Assembly (NCBI GenBank): GCA_963662265.2
Contig: CAXXHA010000011.1
Span: 32,001-96,000, forward strand
DNA: 64,000 bases
Reading direction: 5' to 3'
Source of the DNA: Spirochaetia bacterium
Lineage (GTDB): Bacteria > Spirochaetota > Spirochaetia > CADAEX01
In this document: piece after piece, positions 51,483 to 62,230 of the stretch
Layout of the letters: every line of letters starts with the position of its first letter
How positions within the stretch are numbered: position 1 is the first letter of the stretch
Notes under the pieces: model-generated
What the model was told of the DNA's origin: nothing
The model's input: the letters and a program-made list of their open reading frames with translations, nothing else
Database searches by the model: none
Translations under genes and position numbers: made by a program

Positions 51483-52125
51483 ACAGAGCAAACTGAAAAT
51501 TGTACTTGTTGAAGATATAAAAGATGTAAGGGAAGGACTTAAGTATTTCCTTTCCCTTGAACCGACATATTCTGTAATTAATACATATGAGGCTGCTGAA
51601 GACCTTATAACAGGTCTTAAAGATGGGCTGACTCCTGATGTAATTTTAATGGATATAGAACTTCCCGGAATGAACGGCATTGAGGCTACCCGTATAATCA
51701 CACAGAAATTCCCTTCAATTTCCATCCTTATTCTGACTATTTTTGAGGAAGAAGTAAAAATACTTCAAGCATTAAGAAGCGGCGCCAAGGGGTATATTCT
51801 TAAGAATACAAAACCCCAGGACCTTATTGACCAGATTAAATGCCTCTCTGAAGGTGGTACTCCCATAAGCCCCTCCATAGCAGGAACCCTGGTTTCTGAA
51901 ATACAGAAAACTGCTCCACCTGCAAAGAAGGATTACTCTCTGACAAGCAGGGAAAAACAGATACTCGAGGATATCATAGAAGGGCATACAAGCCGTGAAA
52001 TTGCAAACAAGTATTCCATATCAGCATCAACAGCGAAAAAGCATATTCTCCATATTTACCAGAAACTTAATGTTAAATCAAAAGTTGAAATAGTAAAAAA
52101 AGTAATTAACGAACATCTTCTCTGA
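51475..52125 (+). CDS. NarL/LuxR-family response regulator
   Basis: LVED, PDVILMDIELPGMNGI, GAKGYILK, LTSREKQIL..HIYQKLNV. Confidence 0.93.
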   Translation: MNKQSKLKIVLVEDIKDVREGLKYFLSLEPTYSVINTYEAAEDLITGLKDGLTPDVILMDIELPGMNGIEATRIITQKFPSISILILTIFEEEVKILQALRSGAKGYILKNTKPQDLIDQIKCLSEGGTPISPSIAGTLVSEIQKTAPPAKKDYSLTSREKQILEDIIEGHTSREIANKYSISASTAKKHILHIYQKLNVKSKVEIVKKVINEHLL

Positions 52126-52130
52126 TACTG

Positions 52131-52154
52131 TTTATGGGCCTTTTGGCCCATAAA
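52131..52154. terminator. hairpin after response regulator (terminator or operator)
   Basis: TTTATGGGCC-TTTT-GGCCCATAAA. Confidence 0.5.
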
Positions 52155-52260
52155 ACATCTCCGGCTCCAGAAAAAAGTTGTTATATTTACTCCTTTGGGT
52201 CAATTGTTGTCACTTTATACCGGTGATAGCATTAACCATGTTTATACAAAGGAGACTAAA

Positions 52261-53271
52261 ATGACAAGATTCAACAAAATCTTCAACATTTTTTTCATCG
52301 TTGCTCTTGTAATTACTGTGTTTAATGCTCCATGCGGTGGAAGCAATGAGGCAGCAAGCAAAGATGAGGTATTTGAATTAAAACTGGGACATGTCGCAGA
52401 GCCTGACAATCCCTATGCTCTTGGCGCAGCAAAACTGGCGGAACTCATGGAAGAAAGGACTGACGGAAAGGTGAAAATCAGTATTTTCCCGAGCAGTCAG
52501 CTTGGCAACCAGGAAAAACTTATTGAAAGTCTTGTTTTCGGCAGTATTGATTTTGCCATGACAACAACTGCTGTTCTGGGACAGTTCGAGCCGAACCTTC
52601 TTGTATTCGGTTATCCCTACATGTTTGAAACAAGGGATCATGCATATAAAGCACTCGATACTGTTGGAATTGAAGTTGCAAAAAACCTTGAAAGCAAAGG
52701 TGTAAAAATTCTCGGTTTTTATGAAAACGGAATAAGACACATGATTAATAACAAGGTTCCGATAAAAAAACCTGCAGATATGAAAGGTCTCAAGATGCGT
52801 GTTATGACAACACCAGTTTATGTTGAACTGATGAAATCACTGGGAGCTGACCCTACACCAATGTCATTCGGTGAAGTATATTCTGCATGTTCAACAGGAA
52901 CAGTAGACGGCCTTGAAGTACCAGCAGTACATATCTGGCAGAAAAGGTTTTTTGAAGTCAATAAATATGTTTCTCTGACAGGTCATACATATGAATCAGA
53001 ACCTCTTACAATGTCTATGAAAACATGGAACAAACTTCCTGAAGAATACAGAGAGATCCTTACACAGGCTGTAAAAGAATCTCTTGATTATGCAAGAAAC
53101 CTTGCAAGGGAACAGGAAGCAGGGTTCTTTAAAAATATTGTTGATTCAGGAAAGACAGAGATTATTGAAGTTGACAGATCCATTTTTGCAGAAGAAACAA
53201 AAGCAGTATGGGATAAACTTGCAACAAAAGAAAGTCCTGCTCTGATTGAAAAAATACAGAGCCTTCGCTGA
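52261..53271 (+). CDS. dctP: TRAP transporter solute-binding protein DctP
   Basis: AAGGAG RBS; FPSSQLG, ENGIRH, DMKGLKMRV, PMSFGEVYSA..GTVDG. Confidence 0.92.
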   Translation: MTRFNKIFNIFFIVALVITVFNAPCGGSNEAASKDEVFELKLGHVAEPDNPYALGAAKLAELMEERTDGKVKISIFPSSQLGNQEKLIESLVFGSIDFAMTTTAVLGQFEPNLLVFGYPYMFETRDHAYKALDTVGIEVAKNLESKGVKILGFYENGIRHMINNKVPIKKPADMKGLKMRVMTTPVYVELMKSLGADPTPMSFGEVYSACSTGTVDGLEVPAVHIWQKRFFEVNKYVSLTGHTYESEPLTMSMKTWNKLPEEYREILTQAVKESLDYARNLAREQEAGFFKNIVDSGKTEIIEVDRSIFAEETKAVWDKLATKESPALIEKIQSLR

Positions 53272-53295
53272 TAAATATAGGGGAACAGGATTTAG

Positions 53296-53812
53296 ATGAA
53301 TGATAAATTTTTAAGAAACATTGAAAAGATTAATTATATTCTTGAAAAGGTTTCTGTTGTATTAATGCTATTCCTGCTTTTTCTTACTTTTGCTAATGTC
53401 GTGGGGCGGTATGTATTCAGCCGCTCCATATTCTTTGCCGATGAAATGGCCAGGTTTATATTTGTCTGGATTGTATTTCTGGGCATAGCAAAAATTGTAA
53501 AAGATAAAAGACAGGTTGCTGTAACATTGTTAAGCGACAGGTTGTCAGGTACAGCTTCTGGTTTCATACTTGAAAGTTTTATTGCAGTATGCGGACTGGT
53601 TTTTTTTAATCATTGTTTTTGTAGGGGGGATAATACTTTCCAGGACAATGATGTTCTACAGCAGCGCAGCGCTTACAATTCCCATGGGGATTGTATATCT
53701 GGCCATACCTCTGGGATCAGGGCTTACTATTGTTTTTCATATTCTTAATTATATTGAGTTTGTTCTCAATCACATCGAAAAACAGAAATCTGTAAAACCG
53801 GAGGTCATGTAA
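53296..53812 (+). CDS. dctQ: TRAP small permease DctQ (frameshift in T8 near 53605)
   Basis: NVVGRYVF..DEMARFIFVWIVFLG; SAALTIPMGIVYLAIP. Confidence 0.88.
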
Positions 53813-55091
53813 TGACATATTTTATATTTTTCGGAATTCTTCTCGGTTTTATATTTCTGGGAGTCCCGATAGCATATGCGCTCGGGCTTTCAACAGTATA
53901 TCTGCTTATAGCGGAACTTGAAGTGCCTCTGGTTCTGATTGCCCAGAACATGTTTTCCGCAACCAATTCCTATGAATTCCTGGCAATACCTTTTTTTCAT
54001 GCTGGCTGGAGCCTTTATGTCGCACGGCGGGGTTACGAAAAATTTGATTAATTTTTCGCAATCACTTGTAGGTCACTACAGGGGAGGCCTGGCGCAGGTT
54101 GTAGCAGTTTCAGGAATATTTTTCGGCGCAATATCAGGGTCTGCAGCAGCAGTAACAGCTGCTATCGGCGCTATAATGATTGATGTAATGGAAAAGAAGG
54201 GGTATTCAAGACCATTTACAGCTGCTGTTGTTGCGGCGGGAGGAAATGGTCGGTATTGTAATACCACCAAGCATTACACTTGTTGTTTACGGTGTAATAG
54301 CAGGGGTTTCAATCGGCGACCTTTTTCTCGGGGGATTCGGACCCGGAGTAATGTACGGCCTTTCCATGCTTGCATTAAGTTATTTTATATGCCGCAAGAA
54401 CGGCTGGGGCGGAGAAGGATCTTTCAGCTGGAAAAATGTAGGCAAGAGCTTTGTGGGAAGTTTCTGGGCCCTGTTAATGCCTGTAATTATCCTGGGCGGT
54501 ATATACGGAGGGATTTTTACCCCGACAGAAGCAGCCGCAGTTGCTTCAATATATGCGCTGTTTGTAGGTTTCTTCATATACAAGGAACTGAAAATAAAGG
54601 ATCTTCCCAAAATCGTTGCTCAGGCTATATACGGGACAGTTGTAATAATGTTTATTGTTGCTGCAGCAAAAGTATTCGGGTATGCAATAACTTCTGCCCA
54701 GATACCGCATAAGCTGGGGATGTTTATAACAACAGTAGCTCCAAACAAATATGTTTTCCTGATATTTGTAAATGTGATTCTACTTATGCTTGGGACACTG
54801 GTTAATCCGTCTGCTGCTGTAGTAATACTCACACCAATTCTTTACCCTGTTGCAATGGAATTCGGCATAGATCCTGTTTTCTTCGGTGTTCTTATGATCT
54901 GTAACCTTGCAATTGGTAATATTACACCGCCTGTAGGACTTGACCTTTTTGTTGTAAGCGCGGTAACAAAACTGAGTATTGATAAAATTGCAAAGGCAAT
55001 TTATCCGTATATCGGGATACTTGTCATGCAGGTATTTGTCTTTACTTTCTTTCCTCAGATAATAACATTCCTACCGAATTTATTTAAATAA
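53812..55091 (+). CDS. dctM: TRAP large permease DctM (frameshifts near 53995 and 54245)
   Basis: LGVPIAYALG, LAIPFF, GAISGS, IPPSI, GIFTPTEAAA, TPPVGL. Confidence 0.9.
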
Positions 55092-55102
55092 ATAATATAT
55101 AT

Positions 55103-55137
55103 GGGTTTTCCTGTTAAGGGAGAACCCTTTGTTTTTT
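55103..55137 (+). terminator. rho-independent terminator after dctM
   Basis: GGGTTTTCC-loop-GGAGAACCC followed by TTTGTTTTTT. Confidence 0.7.
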
Positions 55138-55365
55138 AGATTTACTATCTGGTATTATTAAAAGTATTTCTGAATAATCTATTTTGCTGCAGTATTGAAA
55201 CAAAAACATAATATCCATTAATTGCTGATATGAAAATAATTTTTACTGCAGCAAAGCTTTTATAATCATGAAATATTCTTCACCTGGTGTTTATTATTAT
55301 ATGCCTGTTTGAAATCAGGAAAAATAAGTCATAAAATTAATAATATAAATGTCAGGAGTGCTGAA

Positions 55366-55611
55366 ATGAAAATAATCACTCTTATCATTATAGCTGTAAT
55401 TATTTCTGCAGTTATATCAAGAAATATCGAGAAAAAAGAGGATATAAATACTGCACTTGAACATGTGAAGCAAAAATATCCCCTTGTTGTAACCTATTTA
55501 CTGGATCCCGGTAAGAAGTATAAATTTGTACTCCTTTTCAGTGATGATGTCAGCGAATCATACAGGAAAGAAGCCACTGATTTCTTTTACATGGAACTTG
55601 AAAGAGTCTAG
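55366..55611 (+). CDS. small hypothetical exported or membrane-anchored protein
   Basis: AGGAG RBS, hydrophobic N-terminus MKIITLIIIAVIISAVI. Confidence 0.5.
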   Translation: MKIITLIIIAVIISAVISRNIEKKEDINTALEHVKQKYPLVVTYLLDPGKKYKFVLLFSDDVSESYRKEATDFFYMELERV

Positions 55612-55828
55612 TTTTATGAAGTTTTAATAGAGTGTAGTTGCATGGAGCATGAAAGATTCCGGTAATCATGCCCTGAATTAAAAACAAATAATCCACTTGT
55701 ATTAATATCCTCTTCAAGCAAATCAATGAAATATTCATTCTGCAGAATATGAAAAGATATATTATAATTAGCCAGAAGCCGCATTTAATATTGTGCATCA
55801 TTTTAACTATTAAACAGGAGACAGTTAT

Positions 55829-57109
55829 ATGAAGTCTGACAAGATAAAAAAGTGGAAGGACGAGATGACTTTTCATCTGGAGAATGAGCTTCTTCCATTC
55901 TGGAAGGAAAGATGCCTTGATGCAGATAACGGGGGATATATTACTCAGTTTGACACAGACGGTAATGATACAGGTTGTGACGAAAAATCCCTTCTGGCGC
56001 ATATGAGGACTGTATATTCTCTTTCCCTTGCCCACAAATACGGTTTTGATAAAGACAGTGTATGCCTGAACCTTGCAAGACAGGGTGTTTATCATGCTGT
56101 CAGAAACTACTGGGACCATGAGTACGGCGGCTTTTACTGGCTTTTCAACAGGAAGAACGAGGTTGTTATAGACAAGAAGATTATATACGGTCTCAGTTTT
56201 GCAATATATGCTCTTTCCACATTCACAACTGTTTCAGGTGATAAAACAGGTATTGAATATGCACAGAAATGTTTCGACCTTCTCCAGATACATTGTTCAG
56301 ATACATTTGACGGCGGTTACTGGGAAATGTTTCACCGTGACTGGACTCTGTGCAGCCCCGGAAGCGGCGGGGGAGACCGCAAGACCCTTGATGTGCATAT
56401 GCATCTGATGGAGGCTTACACAGCACTTTATGCATGCAGCAAAAAGGAGCTCCACCGGAGGAAGCTTAATGAAATCATTGATATCCTGATTAAAAGAATA
56501 ATGCACCCTGATTTCGGAGGGGGAATCCCCCAGTTTTTCAAAGACTGGACTGTAGCCCCCCAGATCAAGTTTGATATTATCTGGGGATGGGACAGGTTTA
56601 CAGGGGAGAAGCAGGAAAAGGAAAATGTATTTGACAATACATCATACGGGCACAATGTTGAGTTTTTCTGGCTTCTTGTCGAGGCATTAAGGGTAATGGA
56701 TGATGATCTTCATAAATATGATGATCTTTTCGGAAAAATACTCTCTACAGCTGTAAATACAGGAATAGACAGAGAATTCGGAGGCGTATATGTCGAAGGT
56801 TCTCATGACGGTAAGCTGGTTTATGACAGAGGCAAGGAATTCTGGCAGCAGGCTGAATTCCTTACCGGAATGCTTGATGCATACCTTTTATACAATGATG
56901 AAAAATACCTTGATGCATATGAAAATGTCCATGATTTTGTGATGAAGCATATGATTAAACATGAAGTGGGCGAGTGGTGGCCTCTTCTGACACGGGAGGG
57001 GGAACCTGTCTGGACACACATGAGCCATTCCTGGAAGGTAAACTACCATACAATCAGGGCTGCTGTTTTAACAGTAGACAGGCTGGAGAAAATCCTTAAA
57101 AAACAATGA
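55829..57109 (+). CDS. AGE family epimerase/isomerase (cellobiose 2-epimerase-like)
   Basis: LLPFW..D..NGG, WDHEYGGFYW, HMHLMEAYT, SYGHNVE, WQQAE, KVNYH. Confidence 0.9.
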   Translation: MKSDKIKKWKDEMTFHLENELLPFWKERCLDADNGGYITQFDTDGNDTGCDEKSLLAHMRTVYSLSLAHKYGFDKDSVCLNLARQGVYHAVRNYWDHEYGGFYWLFNRKNEVVIDKKIIYGLSFAIYALSTFTTVSGDKTGIEYAQKCFDLLQIHCSDTFDGGYWEMFHRDWTLCSPGSGGGDRKTLDVHMHLMEAYTALYACSKKELHRRKLNEIIDILIKRIMHPDFGGGIPQFFKDWTVAPQIKFDIIWGWDRFTGEKQEKENVFDNTSYGHNVEFFWLLVEALRVMDDDLHKYDDLFGKILSTAVNTGIDREFGGVYVEGSHDGKLVYDRGKEFWQQAEFLTGMLDAYLLYNDEKYLDAYENVHDFVMKHMIKHEVGEWWPLLTREGEPVWTHMSHSWKVNYHTIRAAVLTVDRLEKILKKQ

Positions 57110-57159
57110 GTAACGCCAGATTTACACGGGTAAGCTGTAAAATGCAGGATAAATACTGC

Positions 57160-58173
57160 CTATAAAAGGGGGCAGGATTTTCTTATTATAAGCTCAGGTT
57201 CAATAATAATATTTGAGGGTTTTTCCTCTTTATCCTTTATCTGCTTGAGAAGTTCCGCTGTCGCAATTTCGCCTAGTCTGTATTTAGGCTGGTGTATTGT
57301 TGTCAGCGGAATTCTGTACCTTTCTGAGAAGTATATATCATCATAACCAAGGACTGCCACTTTATCAGGGACTGCTATTCCCGAGTCAAGAAGACCGTCG
57401 ATGAGTCCGAATGCTGCAAAGTCGTTTAACGCGAAAATACCGCATTTGTGAGATATCTTTTTAAAATAATCAGCATGTTCTATTGCAAAGCTGTAGCCGT
57501 CCTCCTGCCTGTTTATGCCGGTGAAAAGTTTTACAATCCTGTTTTCCCCTTTGTGCCGGTCAGCTTCTCTGTAGAATCCCTCGACCCTGTCATCTGCGGT
57601 CTGGTGTTCAAAGCCTTTCAGGCACATGATTTCTCTGTAATTGTTTTCAAAAAGCAACTTTGTCCCGATTTCACCCCCCTTTATGTTGTCGGAAGTGACA
57701 ATTGAATGGCTGTTGCCGCTGCTTCTGTAATTCATCAGCACTACAGGGGTACTGCTTTTTTTCAGCATATCAAAGGCAGGAGTTTCTGTATCAATAGGGG
57801 TAATCAGAAGGCCGTCTATATGGTTTAGCAGCAGGTTGTTGACTATTTCCTGCTCCTTTTCCCTCTGCCAGTTTGAACTGGTCAGAAACATTATAAATCC
57901 GTTTTTATGAAGCTCCGATTCAATTCCCCTTGCTATTTCCGTGAAAAAGGGATTTGAGAGATCTTCGATTACTACACCTATGATGTTTGAGCTTTTTCTG
58001 GTAAGCGCCCTTGCCAGGTTGCTCGGCTGATAATCATTTTCCTCTATGATTTTCAGGATTTTCTGCCTGGTTGTTTCATTGACCTTGTCGGAATTGTTCA
58101 GTACGCGGGAAACTGTAGCCTTGGAAACGCCGGCTATTTCAGAGATATCAAGTATTGTAAGTTTTCTGTTCAT
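57160..58173 (-). CDS. LacI family transcriptional regulator
   Basis: TILDISEIAGVSKATVSRVLN, YQPSNLARAL, GYDD, LTTIHQP. Confidence 0.95.
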   Translation of the reverse strand: MNRKLTILDISEIAGVSKATVSRVLNNSDKVNETTRQKILKIIEENDYQPSNLARALTRKSSNIIGVVIEDLSNPFFTEIARGIESELHKNGFIMFLTSSNWQREKEQEIVNNLLLNHIDGLLITPIDTETPAFDMLKKSSTPVVLMNYRSSGNSHSIVTSDNIKGGEIGTKLLFENNYREIMCLKGFEHQTADDRVEGFYREADRHKGENRIVKLFTGINRQEDGYSFAIEHADYFKKISHKCGIFALNDFAAFGLIDGLLDSGIAVPDKVAVLGYDDIYFSERYRIPLTTIHQPKYRLGEIATAELLKQIKDKEEKPSNIIIEPELIIRKSCPLL

Positions 58174-58174
58174 T

Positions 58175-59335
58175 TCAGTCTGTCTGCAGTTTTGTCCATT
58201 TTTCTCCGGAACTGCTGTTTTTAAGAATTGCCTCTATGAAAGCAAGTCCTGTAATACCCTGATTAGCATCAGGATAATCATATCCCGGCGCCGCTGCTTT
58301 GTCTGAGCCTGTTTTAACTGACCTGATAGTCTTAAAACCGCTTCTGTAGATATTGGCAAAGGCGCAGATCAGACCTTCCGGATGTCCTCCCGGCAGGTTG
58401 GATGCTTTCTGCGCTTCATCGCAGAGAGCAGCAGATCCTTTCCTGTAAACAGTTGATGTTCCGTCTGTATTCATTTTTTCAAGTACTTCAGGGGATTCCT
58501 GGTCCCAGAAAAGCCCCCCTTCTGTCCCGTAGATTCTTATTCTGAGTGCATTCCCCTCTCCGGAAGAGACCTGGGATGCATGCAGAATACCTCTTGCATT
58601 GCCACAATAGTGTATCAGTACAGATCCGGTATCATCAAGCGGATTTTCAGGAATATCCGCATTAAGGTCTGCGCATACTTCCTCTGGAACAAGGCCTGTT
58701 ACAGTCTGTACCAGGTTCAGTGCATGAATACCTACATCCATCATTGTACATGACGGTCCTGATATATCGGGATTGAGGTGCCATGTCTGAAAAATGTCAG
58801 GATCTTCCAGAAGTGGAGAAAGCCAACCCTGGGTATATTCAACAACAATTCTTATTATCCTTCCAATCTGTCCATCATTGACAATGTGGCGGGCCTGTTT
58901 AATCATGGGGTAGCCTGTGTAGCCGTGGGTAAGCGCGAAAAGCCTGTTCTTGTTTTCCGCGATATTCCTGATTTCCCTACACTGATCCAGGGAAATGCCC
59001 ATCGGTTTATCTGAAAATACATGAATACCTGCATTAAGAAATGCAGTGCTGATTTCATAATGTGATGAATTTGGAGATGCAACTATCACAAAATCAATCC
59101 TTTCATCTTCAGGGAGCGTTAGCTCATGTTTAATCATTGCCTTGTAATCAGTATATGATCGGTCAGGTTTTATCCCGAGTTCCTTACCCCTTATTATGCT
59201 CTTTTCAGGATCCCTTGAAAACACTCCTGATATAATTTCAGCTTCCCTGTCAAATGAGGAAGCAGTCATATGAACAAATCCTATGAATGATGTTTTACCG
59301 GCACCTATGATTCCGCCTTTGAGTTTTTTATCCAT
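58175..59335 (-). CDS. Gfo/Idh/MocA family oxidoreductase
   Basis: GAGKTSFIGFVH, SPNSSH, SDKP, YTGYPM, YTQGWL, DVGIHA, PGGHPEG. Confidence 0.9.
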   Translation of the reverse strand: MDKKLKGGIIGAGKTSFIGFVHMTASSFDREAEIISGVFSRDPEKSIIRGKELGIKPDRSYTDYKAMIKHELTLPEDERIDFVIVASPNSSHYEISTAFLNAGIHVFSDKPMGISLDQCREIRNIAENKNRLFALTHGYTGYPMIKQARHIVNDGQIGRIIRIVVEYTQGWLSPLLEDPDIFQTWHLNPDISGPSCTMMDVGIHALNLVQTVTGLVPEEVCADLNADIPENPLDDTGSVLIHYCGNARGILHASQVSSGEGNALRIRIYGTEGGLFWDQESPEVLEKMNTDGTSTVYRKGSAALCDEAQKASNLPGGHPEGLICAFANIYRSGFKTIRSVKTGSDKAAAPGYDYPDANQGITGLAFIEAILKNSSSGEKWTKLQTD

Positions 59336-59410
59336 TTTGTCCCTCCATGATCTGATTCTTTTTGGAATTTCTCATTAGGTAAGCATATTCCTTTTCTGAT
59401 ACTGATATTT

Positions 59411-60469
59411 TCAGGTAATACCGAGAATTCTCCTGTTTGTATTTTCATCTGCAGCTCCACCTGCAAAGTCATCAAAAGCCCTGTCTGCAGTTTCTATTAT
59501 CATCGATTCTATAAAAGGTGCCCCCTCTCGTGCCCCCTGTTCTGCGCTTTTGATACAGCATTCCCATTCAAGTACTGCCCATGAACTGTATCCGCACTCA
59601 GTAAGAGTTGAAAACACTTTCCTGAAATCCACCTGGCCGTCTCCCAGGCTTCTGAACCTTCCTGCTCTCTGTATCCAGGGTGAATAACTTCCGTATACAC
59701 CGCTCCTTCCCGAAGGATTGAATTCAGCATCCTTCACATGGAATGCCTTTATATGGGGAGCATATATTCTGATGAATTCAATATAATCAAGGCACTGAAG
59801 AACAAAGTGGGACGGATCATAGAGTATTTTAATCCTCGGGTGGTTGTTTGAAGCTTCAAGGAACTGTTCAAAGCATAAACCGTCATGAAGATCTTCCCCG
59901 GGATGAAGTTCAAATGCAATATCAATACCGTATTCATCTGCTGTATCAAGCACAGGTTTCCATAATCTGTAAAGCTCTTTGTACCCCCGGAATACAAGAC
60001 CTTCTGGTCTCTGGGGCCATGGATAGACAAGATGCCACATTAAAGCGCCTGAAAAAGAGGGCAGTACCTTGAGTCCCAGGTTTGCTGATGCTTTTATCGA
60101 TGCCTTCATCTTCCGCACAGCCCACTGCTGCCTTGCAGAAGGGTTGTTTCTGAATTCTTTTTCTGTGAAAACATCGAAAAGCTCATCATAAGCAGGATTA
60201 ACCGCAATAAGCTGCCCGAACAGGTGGGTTGCAAGTTCTGTAATTTCAAGACCGCTGCATTGCTCTTTTATCTCATCGCAGTAGTCTTTCGATTCTGCAG
60301 CCTTGTCAATATCAATAATATGTTTTTCATTGGCTGGTATCTGTACTCCCCTGTAGCCAAGACTTTTTGCCCATCCAGTAATATCCCTGAGAGTGTTGAA
60401 TGGCTTTTCATCTGTTAAAAACTGTGCCAGAAAAATTGCAGGCCCTTTAATTTTCTCCATTTTTTCCAT
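59411..60469 (-). CDS. xylose-isomerase-like TIM barrel sugar isomerase/hydratase
   Basis: IKGPAIFLAQF, FELHPGEDLHDG, YDPSH, FHVKDAEF, VLEWECC. Confidence 0.88.
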   Translation of the reverse strand: MEKMEKIKGPAIFLAQFLTDEKPFNTLRDITGWAKSLGYRGVQIPANEKHIIDIDKAAESKDYCDEIKEQCSGLEITELATHLFGQLIAVNPAYDELFDVFTEKEFRNNPSARQQWAVRKMKASIKASANLGLKVLPSFSGALMWHLVYPWPQRPEGLVFRGYKELYRLWKPVLDTADEYGIDIAFELHPGEDLHDGLCFEQFLEASNNHPRIKILYDPSHFVLQCLDYIEFIRIYAPHIKAFHVKDAEFNPSGRSGVYGSYSPWIQRAGRFRSLGDGQVDFRKVFSTLTECGYSSWAVLEWECCIKSAEQGAREGAPFIESMIIETADRAFDDFAGGAADENTNRRILGIT

Positions 60470-60528
60470 CCTTATATTAAATCATCGTGTACCGGGAGAA
60501 TTGAGTCGTAAAAAACATTGATGAGTTT

Positions 60529-60546
60529 ATTGTAACCGGTTACAAT
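60529..60546. promoter_or_regulatory. LacI-type operator
   Basis: Perfect palindrome ATTGTAACCGGTTACAAT between divergent operons, one of which encodes LacI. Confidence 0.8.
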
Positions 60547-60616
60547 ATATTTTAGCACAGTTCAGGTTTTGTTCAAGTATTTTGTGAAGATGCCAACATG
60601 ACAGAAGGACAGGGAA

Positions 60617-61582
60617 TTGAGAAAATATATTATAGGGATAGATATCGGGGGGACTAAAACAGCGGTTGTACTTGGAGACCCAACTCCTTCCATATATGAG
60701 CGTATCTGTTTTCCGACAGATACACAGGCAGGTCCGGAGAATACTCTCTCTAAAATATTCGATGCTGTATCAACGATGCTTGATAAAACAGGTAAAGACA
60801 ATGTCTGTTCAATCGGCATCAGCTGCGGAGGCCCACTTGACAGTAAAAAGGGGATAATTCTTTCTCCTCCAAACCTTCCCGGCTGGGATTGTATTCCTGT
60901 AAAGGAAATACTTGAGGAAAAGTTTAAAATACCTTCTTTTCTACAGAATGATGCTGATGCATGCGCCCTTGCCGAGTGGAGATGGGGTGCAGGAAGGGGA
61001 TGTCGCAACATGATATTCCTGACATTCGGCACAGGTCTGGGTGCAGGACTCATACTCAACAAACAGCTTTACAGCGGTACAAATGATATGGCAGGCGAGG
61101 CAGGGCATATAAGGCTTGAAGAAAAAGGACCTGTCGGATACGGGAAAGCAGGTTCATTTGAAGGGTTCTGCAGCGGGAGCGGAATATCACAGCTTGCATC
61201 AGAAATTATTGAAAAGAGGGAAGCTGAAAACTGCATGACCCGGTTCTGCAGGGAATTCAGGGGAAAAACAATAACAGCCAGGGATGTGTGCAGTGCATCG
61301 GATTCAGGCGATGAAGCAGCAATTGAGATTCTTGATATAAGCGGGAGATACCTGGGAAAGGGGCTTTCTGTGCTTATCGATATACTGAATCCAGAAAGGA
61401 TTGTCATCGGCAGTATATTTTCAAGATGCATGAAGCATCTTCTTCCCGCAGCTGAAGCTGTAATAAGGGAAGAGGCTTTAATTAATTCATCAGAAGTCTG
61501 CTCAATTCTTCCTGCAGCCCTCGGGGAGCAGATTGGTGATCTCGGCAGTATATGCGCGGGGGAAAGATTTTTTAAGCAGTAG
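60617..61582 (+). CDS. ROK family sugar kinase
   Basis: GIDIGGTK, QNDADACALAE, FGTGLGAG, AGEAGH. Confidence 0.92.
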   Translation: MRKYIIGIDIGGTKTAVVLGDPTPSIYERICFPTDTQAGPENTLSKIFDAVSTMLDKTGKDNVCSIGISCGGPLDSKKGIILSPPNLPGWDCIPVKEILEEKFKIPSFLQNDADACALAEWRWGAGRGCRNMIFLTFGTGLGAGLILNKQLYSGTNDMAGEAGHIRLEEKGPVGYGKAGSFEGFCSGSGISQLASEIIEKREAENCMTRFCREFRGKTITARDVCSASDSGDEAAIEILDISGRYLGKGLSVLIDILNPERIVIGSIFSRCMKHLLPAAEAVIREEALINSSEVCSILPAALGEQIGDLGSICAGERFFKQ

Positions 61583-61591
61583 AGGTTATAT

Positions 61592-62230
61592 ATGGATGAA
61601 ATAAACAGACATATCGACAGCCTGTTATCAAGGTACAGCTGCCTGTCAGTCTGCAGATCAGATATGGAAAAGGCATATTGTATGATGAAGGTAAACTTTG
61701 AAAACGGAAGAAAGCTTATTATTTGCGGAAACGGGGGCAGCGCTTCTGATTCATCCCACATAGCAGGCGAGCTTCTGAAAGGGTTTCTTAAAAAACGGGG
61801 ACTTCCTGCTTCCGAGAAGATGAAACTGATTGATACTGATGCTGAAAGAGGAAATTACCTGGCAGAAAATCTCCAGGGTTCGCTTCCCGCAATTGCCTTA
61901 CCTTCAAATACATCTTTACTAACGGCAGTGCTAAACGATATGGATGGGAGGCTTGTATATGCCCAGCAGGTAAGAGGCTATGGTAATAAAGGTGATATTC
62001 TTATGTGTATAAGCACTTCAGGAAATGCTGAAAATGTGATAAATGCAGCAGTAACAGCAGCAGCCTCAGGACTTGAAATAATAGGACTTACAGGGGAAAG
62101 CGGGGGAGAGCTTTTAAAATTCTGCAATGCCTGCATAAGGGTACCTGCTTCATCAACAGCAGAAGTTCAGGAACTGCATTTACCTGTCTATCATACACTC
62201 TGCGCAATGATAGAGGAAACTTTTTTCTGA
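61592..62230 (+). CDS. SIS-domain GmhA-like phosphoheptose isomerase
   Basis: CGNGGSASDSSHIAGEL, STSGNAEN, VQELHLPVYHTLC. Confidence 0.85.
   Translation: MDEINRHIDSLLSRYSCLSVCRSDMEKAYCMMKVNFENGRKLIICGNGGSASDSSHIAGELLKGFLKKRGLPASEKMKLIDTDAERGNYLAENLQGSLPAIALPSNTSLLTAVLNDMDGRLVYAQQVRGYGNKGDILMCISTSGNAENVINAAVTAAASGLEIIGLTGESGGELLKFCNACIRVPASSTAEVQELHLPVYHTLCAMIEETFF

Noticed and set aside
49547-55091. Phase-variable frameshifts in the kinase (A8), dctQ (T8) and dctM (T7)
   Set aside because: Same +1 homopolymer signature as elsewhere in the window; cannot be separated from error without reads.
55183-55255. 12-bp inverted repeat TTTGCTGCAGTA...TACTGCAGCAAA as a MITE
   Set aside because: Short, no clear target-site duplication and no second copy in the window.
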